From Azolla caroliniana (Eukaryota > Plantae > Polypodiophyta), in contig JBHGNT010000004.1 of NCBI GenBank assembly GCA_043228905.1, positions 20,646,001-20,710,000 on the forward strand: a stretch of DNA of 64,000 nucleotides, read 5' to 3'. The position numbers were made by a program, and so were the translations under genes. Positions 11,771 to 20,700 of the stretch are shown piece after piece (positions within the stretch are counted from its first letter, which is position 1; every line of letters begins with the position of its first letter). The notes beneath the pieces are model-generated. The model worked only from the letters and a program-made list of their open reading frames with translations. It searched no databases and was not told where the DNA came from.

Positions 11771-14273
11771 ACACTAAACTACAACCACAATGTGTATCGC
11801 AAATTAATGCGATAATCACATTTGTTGGAATTTTACTATGAGCGCAACAAACTTGTTTGGATTCCAACGCGAGCCCAAGTCTCCATAGCCTAAACGGCCA
11901 CATCGTGGAATTCTAACTACTAAACTAAAACCATTGGCCATATTTTTTGCTCCAAATAAATTGTCATGGTTTTAGGATTTGCACCGACAAATCCATGTAC
12001 ACATTATATATCGACTACCACGACAACATTGTGGAACACCAACTTCATATCTTGAATTTATTGGGAATCTAATCATTTTCACAAATTAATATAGACACGA
12101 TTTTGGTGTGGTTGCTAAGATTTGAGCCAAGGTCTCCACATCCACAACAAGGAATTCTAACCACTAAATGGGCTTTAAAATAATGGTCTTAATAGGGATT
12201 TAAGGACCTAAGCCCAAATCTCCATAGTTGCAATGGCCAGAACATGGAATCCTAGATACGAAACTAAAACTAATGACCATATTTTTTTGCTCAAATAAAT
12301 TGTTATGGTTGTTGGGATTCGCATGCAGAAATCCATGTACACATTCTAAATTAAATATGAGCCATGTCTCCACGGTGACATTGTGGAATGCCAACATATC
12401 TTGCATCCATTTGATTCTCACTATGCAATGATGTAACATCAAGATCTCTAATAGGATTGATTGGGAAGAAGGTTTCACTCAATTCATGTTGGTTGTTAGG
12501 TTTCCAGCTTGGGTCTCCTGGATCAACAAAGTGGAATTCTAACCACTAAACTACAACATGTAGATATAGTATATATATTATGTATATCAATAATAGAAGA
12601 TCAATTTCTACACAATAACTAAGATCATTATAATGGAGCTATCTTCCTACTAGATATTTCTACCGGTTGGCTGCATTTGCAACCAAAATGGAAACCAAGT
12701 ATTTCTTGGTTAAAAAAATGTGAAATCTTGTTGGAGGGATGTCCTAATTTTGTACACATTTCATATGGCATATAAACATATGTCTCCAAGACTACATCAT
12801 GGAATCCTAACCACTAACACTTGCATGCATTGGAAATTCAATAATATATCCTTAATCCTCGATAGAATGATATATTAGTTATTTATATCAATCACACCAT
12901 ACACTTCCATTGTCATAGTAGTTAGATTAAAGCAAACCATCCAATGTTTTTGATAGAGCCAAAAGAGTGTCAACATGTATTTGGTTGACATCTTAGGAAA
13001 TCCCCAAAGAATAGACAACAAAAGAGCAATGAAAAGAAAGAAACGCGAACAAGATGCCCAAGCAATAAGACCAAAAACATATCGACATTTCTCAAAGGGA
13101 AAAATTGGAGTCCATAGGTCAATGAGTACCATACAATGTAATTGGATCAAATCATAAACTGATATAGATAGTGCAAGGGTCATAAATTTGTATTTTGAAA
13201 TGCATGTAGAGGTATATTGATTCTCCACATATATGTACACATCTAAATCGAGTAAAATTATATTGTTTCTCCTTATATATATCACAATTGAAAAAAAAAG
13301 GTTAACCAAAATTAAGACCCTAATCGCAAAATCAATGAGAAAAAATAGAAGAGAAGCTAGTAGAGGTATGCTTCTGATGACCTCGATTAAGAGAGCCACT
13401 TTCTAATGAGGTTCAAAATAGGAAAGTAAGATTTTAATCAAATGAATAACGAATACTCAAGATTAAATCTTATAATTAGTACACACACTATAAAGCTCTC
13501 ACAACTCATATAATACATGAACCGTCAGTGTATGCGGAAACATATGAGGATCAGTCTCAGTTCGTACTCAGAAAAACAACACAGAAAGAGAAGCAAAGAT
13601 ATACACAGATTGAAGCTTTAATGGAAGCTCTATTACATTGTCGCGTTGTTACGCGCGTGCGTGTAGAAGGGGCGGGACCGCGGGGGTCTTGGACTAGGGA
13701 GTGGAGGAGAAAGAATAGGACATGATATGGAGGCTTAGCTCAAGAGGAGAAGAGGAAAGAATAAGACCACGACATCGAAGGAGGGATCGGCGGAGGCAAG
13801 ATGCTCAACAAGTTATATTAACACAACGAATGGTTACAACAATGGTGGCCGCCATGGCCGCACCAAAATGACTATCCGAAAACCCTAAAGGGAAACCCAA
13901 GAAGAAAACCCTAACCGAAACCCTAACCCTAAAACGAAATGGGAAGAGGGAGAACCCTAGACTAAGTGGTATACCTTACTCGCACAAAATAGGCAACCCC
14001 TTCATAAGTGACCCCTCCCCTCCTTTTATAGCCCAAGGAGGGAGGGACCTTACAATGTGGGACAAAAATTTCCCCTCTCTTTTTATACACCACATCCTAG
14101 TATACATGTGCACATGTTGCACACCACCGACTTGCCCCTTCCACCCCGGTTTCCGCCTATGGACGAAAATCTTCACAACATCCACCCCCACCAAACCGCA
14201 CATCCACCGATATGTGCCAAGAAAGGAAAAGGGTGAGAGATTTCGTCCACGATGATCAACCGGGTCTTTCGCC

Positions 14274-17237
14274 TTACCGGCACCCAACCTTCTTGCCGGT
14301 CCCTTGCTGGAGCCGATCCGTCTTGCCAGCCCCGACCCGCCGACTCCATCCGATCCACCATGTCCACCGCGTTTCCCCGAACCGTCGGCTCCATCCGATC
14401 CGCCATGTCCAGCGCATGCACCTTCTTCTTCGACTGGCCATCCCAAACACCGTTGCCGATCCGGTCTCCCTTCCTTCGCTCACCGCGCATGTCCTCCGGT
14501 TAGACCCCCGATTACTTCGATTGCTCGTCGGGTGCCGCTCCTCGCGTATCGCGTGTGTTCCACCTCCGGCTCGACCTTCTCCTCGCCCCGAATACCTCGT
14601 ACCGACTCCCTTCGTTCTGCACTCGGCTTCCGTAGGCACTTTCCGTGCGTCGTTGTCGTCCATCGAATGCGTGCTCGTTCTTCGGTCCTTACGTGACCCC
14701 ATTACGCGCTCCTTGCCTCTCCTTTGCCCGTCGTGCTCTCTCACTGTAGAGCGTACCGTCATCCCGACCTCCGTGTCGGTGTCCCTCGAGGCTCTCGTTA
14801 CCATCTCGCCTCGACTTGCGCCCTCTTGGCCCGCTTGGCCTCGCATGCCTTCCGGGAAGCCGTGCTTCCTCTTCCCGGCGCGTAGCCCGTTGCTCTCCAC
14901 GCACCTCCTCCGGTTCTCAAGACATAGCCTTTCACGCTCGTCGATCATCCGCCGATACCGGCACCTCACCGCTCCATCTCTCGTCGCGCGCATTCCTCGC
15001 AAAGGCTCGTATGTCCTCCGGGTGTGCTCCTGAACTCTTCGATCGTACTCCGGATTCCGCCTTTTTCGTGCTGCGTATGTTCCTCCTTTGGTTTTGTCGT
15101 CTCCGCATGCCGAACACCTCGGCGTGTCGACTCTTCCTGCTCCGCGCTTGCCTTCCATGGGCTCTTCTCGTGCACCGATGTTGTCCCCCGAATATGCGCT
15201 CATTCTTTGGCCCTTAGGCGACCCCATTCCGCGTTCCTTGCCTCTCCTTTGCCCGTCGTGCTCTCTCACCGTAGAGCGTACCGTCCTCCCGACCTCCGTG
15301 TCGGTGTCGGTGTCCCTCGAGGCTCTCGTTACCGCCTCGCCTCGGCTTGCGCCCTCTTGGCCCGCTTGGCCTTGTATGTCCTCCGGGAAGCCGCTGCGTT
15401 TTCTCTTCCCGGTGCGTACCCCGTTGTTCTCCGTGCACCATCCTTCGCTCTCGCCACCCATCCGCCGATCTCGGCACCTTACGGCTTCGTCTCTCGCCGC
15501 GTGCTTGTCTCTCAAAGGCTCGACCGGTCCACCGTTGCCGGTCACTCGTTGCCGCTCTTCCGGGTGCATGCTTACTTCTTGGTCCTTCGTTGGCCGTAGT
15601 GCATACTCCGTTTTACGCCGTAGTGCATACTTCGTATTACGCGCCTCATCCGTCGTAGACCCGACCTCCACGTCGGTTTCTTCGTCCTTTCTTGCCGTAG
15701 CCCCTTTCGACTCCGGCTTGCCGTCTTGGCCGTGCTCATCCGTCTTCACGCATCGGGTACCCGTTCTAGTGGCCTCGTCAGTTCCGGTCTCCGACTCCTC
15801 GCCGCCACCCGTCGTATCTCCGGTCTTATGTTGATCCGCAACCGCCGAAGTCTCAAGGATAGATGTGGAGGGCTCCTCTCGCTCTCGGTCTTCTGCCAAG
15901 TCGTAATCACCGTGCCCGGTTAGCTTCCTTCTCGCGGTCACCTGCTCCCACCGGGTGCTGTGGCCCATTCGCCTCGACCTCCAACCGTGCCAACTTTGCC
16001 TTCGCCCGGATCGGTCTCGGTCGATCGAGTTCTGGTTAGGTCGGCTCCCTTCCGTAATCGTAACCGACCGGTAGATGTTTGTCCGAACAAATCCGACCTT
16101 GCCAGCTCTTCTTCGGTTCGGGCCTGGTTGACCAGACCCTGCTCCAATGTTCTTCCGCGTCGTCTTCCGGTCATGTCGGATTATCGACCAGTCCATCTTC
16201 CAGTCGGGTCGGTTCCCGACTCTCTCCTCTTTGCCGCTCCCGACCTCTCCGTCGGTCCTCTCGTATATGCCCGTTCTGGGCCTCGCATCCTCATCTTCGT
16301 ACGTGTTCGCTCCGGGCCACACCTCCTCACGGCCACCGCCCTTCTCTCCGGTCTTATGTTGGCATTCGAGCGCAACCGCCGTAGTCTCCGGTCTCGGTGT
16401 CGAGAGGTCTTGCCTCCGTCCGCTATGACCTTCCTCGTTGTCGTTTCGATCGTCTGCTTTGCCGCCGCCACCTTCCGTCTCTCCGGTCTCACGTGGGCTC
16501 TCGGGGCCGACTACCGAAGTCTCTAGTATAGGTGTGGGACAAGTCCCGATACCGTTACTCACCGATGCCATGTTCGTAGCCACCTTCGTTCGGACGCCGT
16601 GGTCCGTGGCTATCTCTTCCTCGTTCTCTTCGTCGCCGTGGTAGGCCGCCTTGCCGCCACCACCGCCTGTCACTCTAGGTCTCACGCCGGCACTCGGGCC
16701 GGCCGCCGGAGCCTCTAGGACCGGTGTGGGTAAGGACCCGGCACCGCCACTCGTTGTGTCAGTAGCCGCTTCCGTCCGGTCGTCGTTGTCCGCGGCTACC
16801 CCATCTCCGATTCCGCAAACCTCAATTACGCTTGCCACCATCTCTCCCATGCCGTCGTCTCGGTTGCCCGCCTTGCCGCCGCCACTGTCCGTCACTCTAG
16901 GTCTCACACTGGCTCTCGGGCCGGATGCAAGAGTCTCTAGGACCGGTGTGTGTAAGGTCGCGGCACCGCCGCTTGTCCGCTCCTCACTCAATGTTTCGGG
17001 CCGCCATGTCCCGAATCCGTAGTTACTGGCCTCCATGGCCATCCCTTCACCGCAAGGCAAGAGGGTCGCTTGCTCCGCACCCTCTCCTATCTCGCTGTCG
17101 TACGCTCTCCCGACCTCCGTATAGGCCCGTCTTCTACGTCTAGAGAGGCTTCTTCCTCCGCATCCTCCGATCGCCTCCGGCCCGTCTCCATAACAAGCCC
17201 TTCTTCGGCTCCGATTTTCGCCTTCACAAGCTCGCAT
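14274..17237 (-). CDS. 987-aa repeat-rich, probably disordered protein of unknown function inside the LTR element
   Basis: Uninterrupted ORF rich in G, E, R and T. About five PTP.LET...GP..GGGG units and two ~55-aa GFPE..GQAGQEGASRGE..TRASRDTDTEVG units. The homologous frame is also open in the copies at 1079-2086 and 3634-4044. Confidence 0.5.
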   Translation of the reverse strand: MRACEGENRSRRRACYGDGPEAIGGCGGRSLSRRRRRAYTEVGRAYDSEIGEGAEQATLLPCGEGMAMEASNYGFGTWRPETLSEERTSGGAATLHTPVLETLASGPRASVRPRVTDSGGGKAGNRDDGMGEMVASVIEVCGIGDGVAADNDDRTEAATDTTSGGAGSLPTPVLEAPAAGPSAGVRPRVTGGGGGKAAYHGDEENEEEIATDHGVRTKVATNMASVSNGIGTCPTPILETSVVGPESPRETGETEGGGGKADDRNDNEEGHSGRRQDLSTPRPETTAVALECQHKTGEKGGGREEVWPGANTYEDEDARPRTGIYERTDGEVGSGKEERVGNRPDWKMDWSIIRHDRKTTRKNIGAGSGQPGPNRRRAGKVGFVRTNIYRSVTITEGSRPNQNSIDRDRSGRRQSWHGWRSRRMGHSTRWEQVTARRKLTGHGDYDLAEDREREEPSTSILETSAVADQHKTGDTTGGGEESETGTDEATRTGTRCVKTDEHGQDGKPESKGATARKDEETDVEVGSTTDEARNTKYALRRKTEYALRPTKDQEVSMHPEERQRVTGNGGPVEPLRDKHAARDEAVRCRDRRMGGESEGWCTENNGVRTGKRKRSGFPEDIQGQAGQEGASRGEAVTRASRDTDTDTEVGRTVRSTVREHDGQRRGKERGMGSPKGQRMSAYSGDNIGAREEPMEGKRGAGRVDTPRCSACGDDKTKGGTYAARKRRNPEYDRRVQEHTRRTYEPLRGMRATRDGAVRCRYRRMIDERERLCLENRRRCVESNGLRAGKRKHGFPEGMRGQAGQEGASRGEMVTRASRDTDTEVGMTVRSTVREHDGQRRGKERVMGSRKDRRTSTHSMDDNDARKVPTEAECRTKGVGTRYSGRGEGRAGGGTHAIREERHPTSNRSNRGSNRRTCAVSEGRETGSATVFGMASRRRRCMRWTWRIGWSRRFGETRWTWWIGWSRRVGAGKTDRLQQGTGKKVGCR

Positions 17238-17734
17238 GCCTCTCGTATTAGCGCTTCTAGGTCGAGCTCCTCCGAACCGTTTTGCGTTGAGCTCTCTTCC
17301 AACAGTAGTGCGTACTCACTCGCCGCTCTCTCTTCTCTGCCGCTCGCGGGCCACGTTGTTGCCGACCGCTCCCCATCGGGTTGCCGGCATACCCACTCCG
17401 GTTTCGCGTATCCACACACTTCCAATAGGGCTACCTCCAAGGACACCCACGACTCGTGAGCTTCTCGTAGCTCCTTGACCTCCTTGTGCACCGATGCGGC
17501 CGCCACTCGAGGAAAATACTCTAGCCGCATCTCCTCGTCCACGCCCCCTTTCGCCATCTCGGCCTCGTACGCTTCCAAGAACCTCGGGACATCGTCCCCG
17601 TTGAATCGGCCGACTCGATCGACCACCCTTTCGACGGCTTGTTGAGCCGCATCTCACTTCGCCATCTTCCGTCCGGCTTCCATCACGATTTTTGCCATCA
17701 TCTCCTCAAAGTCCAAGTCTTCTTCCATCTCCAT
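17087..17734 (-). pseudogene. gag-like N-terminal (capsid-like) ORF of the non-autonomous element, with one in-frame TGA
   Basis: MEMEEDLDFEEMMAKIVMEAGRKMAK*DAAQQAVERVVDRVGRFNGDDVPRFLEAYEAEM...MRLEYF...SWVSLEVALLE. The F.G.DV..FL..YE pattern and later W resemble gypsy gag capsid N-termini. The TGA plausibly derives from CGA. Confidence 0.6.
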
Positions 17735-17749
17735 GCTCCCTTGCCGCCC

Positions 17750-17766
17750 TTCACGTGGGGTTCACC
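17750..17766 (-). promoter_or_regulatory. Primer-binding site complementary to the tRNA-Trp(CCA) 3' end
   Basis: Plus strand TTCACGTGGGGTTCACCA versus the plant tRNA-Trp 3' end TTCACGTCGGGTTCA+CCA (recalled from memory): one mismatch, a few nt from the 5' LTR. Confidence 0.75.
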
Positions 17767-20700
17767 AAAGATGTCGCGTTGTTACGCGCGTGCGTGTAGA
17801 AGGGGCGGGACCGCGGGGGTCTTGGACTAGGGAGTGGAGGAGAAAGAATAGGACATGATATGGAGGCTTAGCTCAAGAGGAGAAGAGGAAAGAATAAGAC
17901 CACGACATCGAAGGAGGGATCGGCGGAGGCAAGATGCTCAACAAGTTATATTAACACAACGAATGGTTACAACAATGGTGGCCGCCATGGCCGCACCAAA
18001 ATGACTATCCGAAAACCCTAAAGGGAAACCCAAGAAGAAAACCCTAACCGAAACCCTAACCCTAAAACGAAATGGGAAGAGGGAGAACCCTAGACTAAGT
18101 GGTATACCTTACTCGCACAAAATAGGCAACCCCTTCATAAGTGACCCCTCCCCTCCTTTTATAGCCCAAGGAGGGAGGGACCTTACAATGTGGGACAAAA
18201 ATTTCCCCTCTCTTTCTATACACCACATCCTAGTATACATGTGCACATGTTGCACACCACCGACTTGCCCCTTCCACCCCGGTTTCCGCATATGGACGAA
18301 AATCTTCACGACAACGTTCTCTGTCTCTTACTCTCTCAGAGACTCGATATCCGATATACAATCAAGAAGATTATTCTTTACAACGTTAGGTTATTGCTTA
18401 TATACTAAGCCCTAACTATGTGGACGAGTTCACACTAGGATACAAAGTGGAGGGAGTCTGCCTTTTAAGCCAACAAACTCCCACGTAAAAGGACTACTCT
18501 TTCCTACATGTACATGTCTTTGGGGTTGTCTCCCTCGTAAACTTAGATTACAACACTAATCTAGATTTGTGCTACAAATCGGTCGGCATATAGTCGAGTC
18601 GGCATAGGTGAGACCGTGTCAAGCCTAGCATAGCTCATTATCATGATTGATTCAGTCAACTCTTACCTTCTGCTCCTTGTTCGACTTTCTTCGGCTCGGT
18701 TGCTTGTCATAGTCCCATCTTTGTCCTTAGTGCTCCGAAGCGTTGATTTGGGAGTGGCTTTGTCAGGCAATCGGCGATGTTCACATCGGTGTTGATCTTC
18801 TAGACTTTGAGCTTCTTCTTAGTTGTGAGCTCCTGGATGTGATGATACCGCACCTCAATATGCTTCGTCTTTGGGTGATAGACGAGATTGTTGATGAGGT
18901 GTATTGCGCTCTGTGAGTCACAATAGATGGTCGGCGCAGGTTGGTCAGTTTGGCTTATAGCTAAGAAGTCGACAGACAGTCGATGCAGCTAGATCGCTTC
19001 CTTTGCTGCCTCCGATGTTGTTATGTACTCGAATTCTATGGTCAACAGAGCCGTGAACTCTTGAAGTTTCGACCTCCATGATATCGCACCGCCACCATAG
19101 GTGAAGATGTAACCTGATGTCGATTTCCGATTGTCCATATTCCCAACATAGTCGGAATCGGTGTGGCCTTCGACTTTGGCTGAGGTTGTCAATCCGAAGG
19201 TCAACTGTGTATCTTCAGTCCCTCTCAGGTACCTAAAGATGTGCTTGACGGCCTCCCAATGCTTTCATCCTGGGTTTGACATGTACCGGTTGACCACTCC
19301 TACGGCATAGGCTAGGTCGGGTCGGGTCGGGTCACCACCATTGCGTACATGATACTTCCTACGGTTGATGCATAGGGCATCTTTCCATTAAGCTCTCTCT
19401 CCTTGTCCGTTGAAGGAGAGTCTTTGTCTGATAGTCGGATTGACGTCGAAAGCGGTGTTGGTGTTGGCTTCGCATTCTGCATGTTGAAGGGCCTCAGCAC
19501 CTTTCGAATATAGTCGGACTGGGAGACTTGGAGAGTTTTGGTCGTTTGACTTCGCTCGATCCTCATGCCCAATATGTGACGGACTTGTCTGAGTTCCTTC
19601 ATCGCGGACTTGTCGTGAAGACTCTGCTTCAGCTTTCCGATCTCTGCTTGATTGCTTCCTGCAATCAGCATGTCGTCGACATATAGGATCAGATAAATCA
19701 TAGACTCATCGGCCAGTTGTCGAATATACATGCATCGGTCGGAGTCAGATTTGCAGTATCCAAGCTGCCTGATGTAGGAGTCAAACTTTGGTACCACATC
19801 CTCGGCGCTTGTTTCAAGCCATATAGACTTTTCTTTAACCGACATACAAGGTGACTATCCTCCCCTGTCGTCGTGAAGCCTGCCGATTGAGACATATAGA
19901 TGTCTTCTTCTAGATCTCCATGTAGGAATGCCGTCTTTACATCCAGTTGCTCTAGCTCTAGGTCTTCTGTCGCCATAATTCCTAGTAAGAGTTGGAGGGT
20001 GGTCATCTTGACTATTGGTGAGAATATCTCGTGGTAGTCGACCCCGTATTCTTGTTTGAATCCCTTCACGACGAGCCGAGCTTTGTACTTGGGTGTTTCT
20101 GAGTCGGATACATATTTGTATCGGAAAACCCATTTGCAGGGTAGTGGCTTCCTTCCAGTTGGTCGTTCAACTAGCTCCCATGTCAGATTCTTGTGGATTG
20201 AGTTCATTTCAGATCTCATGGCTTGTAGCCATGTGTCGGCGTCCATTGCGGCCACAACTTCTTCATAAGTGCTTGGTTCGCTTGCATCGGTGTAGTTGAC
20301 ATAGTCGAGGCCTAGTTGAAAAAACTCTGTTGGCCTTCAAGCTCATCCAAATCTCCTGGGTGCCGAGATAAGTGGTTCGGATTCTTCGATTGACTCAATT
20401 GGGTGATCGGTATTTGTTGAACCATTTGTGTTAGGAGTCTTGTTAGGTGACTCACCCCCAAGTCGGTATTTCGGTGGTGTCATGTTGTCCTCCCCTATGG
20501 ACTTTGTCGAGTTGGTTGTGTTTCCTACTCGCATCTTGTTGGCTTTGCCTACTTCGACTCTTGTCGAATCGGCTCTGTCATTGATGGCTTTGTCTTCGAG
20601 TTCAACTAATGGACTTCCTACCGATTCGGAGTCAGCAGGTATGTTGTTAGCTTGTTCGAGTTCGACTGTTTGTCGAATCTTTGAGTTGACCCGGTGGGTC

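Larger units (their letters stand above)
8974..12830 (-). repeat. Complex tandem array of tRNA-His(GUG)-derived units
   Basis: Repeated variants of TGGTGTGGTTGCTAGGATTCGAACCCAAGTCTCCACGACCACAACGTGGAATTCTAACCACTAAACTACAACCAC, the reverse complement of plant tRNA-His plus CCA. Near-full copies at ~9042, 9506, 9781, 10586, 12104 and 12490; insertion variants at ~10360, 11860 and 12200; many half copies. A recurring linker TTTTGCTC.AAATAAATTGTTA occurs at ~9340, 10440, 11130, 11943 and 12283. Confidence 0.9.
13639..18313 (-). mobile_element. Intact non-autonomous LTR retrotransposon (4675 bp): two 542-bp LTRs, tRNA-Trp PBS, PPT, gag-like ORF plus long unknown ORF, no pol
   Basis: LTRs 13639-14180 and 17772-18313 differ at about 3 positions by eye. 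PBS at 17750-17766 reads TGGTGAACCCCACGTGAA on minus. PPT at 14181-14200 reads TGCGGTTTGGTGGGGGTGGA on minus. The 4-bp flanks are ACAT and ACGT. No RT, RH or IN motifs were seen inside. Confidence 0.92.

Noticed and set aside
9042-12557. Cluster of functional tRNA-His genes
   Set aside because: Most copies have stem mismatches from C>T/G>A changes, truncations or damaged B boxes, and lack oligo-T terminators. Only 9506-9580 is near-canonical.
8974-12830. CRISPR-like repeat-spacer array
   Set aside because: The repeats are tRNA-derived, of variable length and degenerate. Spacers partly repeat, the context is eukaryotic and no cas genes are present.
12875-13399. 174-aa hydrophobic minus-strand ORF (possible env-like or membrane protein)
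   Set aside because: AT-rich composition explains the hydrophobicity. It has no recognisable motif and no link to a PBS/PPT-defined element.
17087-17237. Programmed -1 frameshift between gag and the long ORF
   Set aside because: The phase fits, but no X-XXY-YYZ slippery heptamer is visible in the overlap. A mutational indel is the simpler explanation until other copies are compared.
14212-17478. Many overlapping plus-strand ORFs (100-270 aa) in the LTR element, and similar ones at 1151-2523
   Set aside because: These are antisense shadows of GC-rich, stop-poor sequence with low-complexity S/P/R translations.
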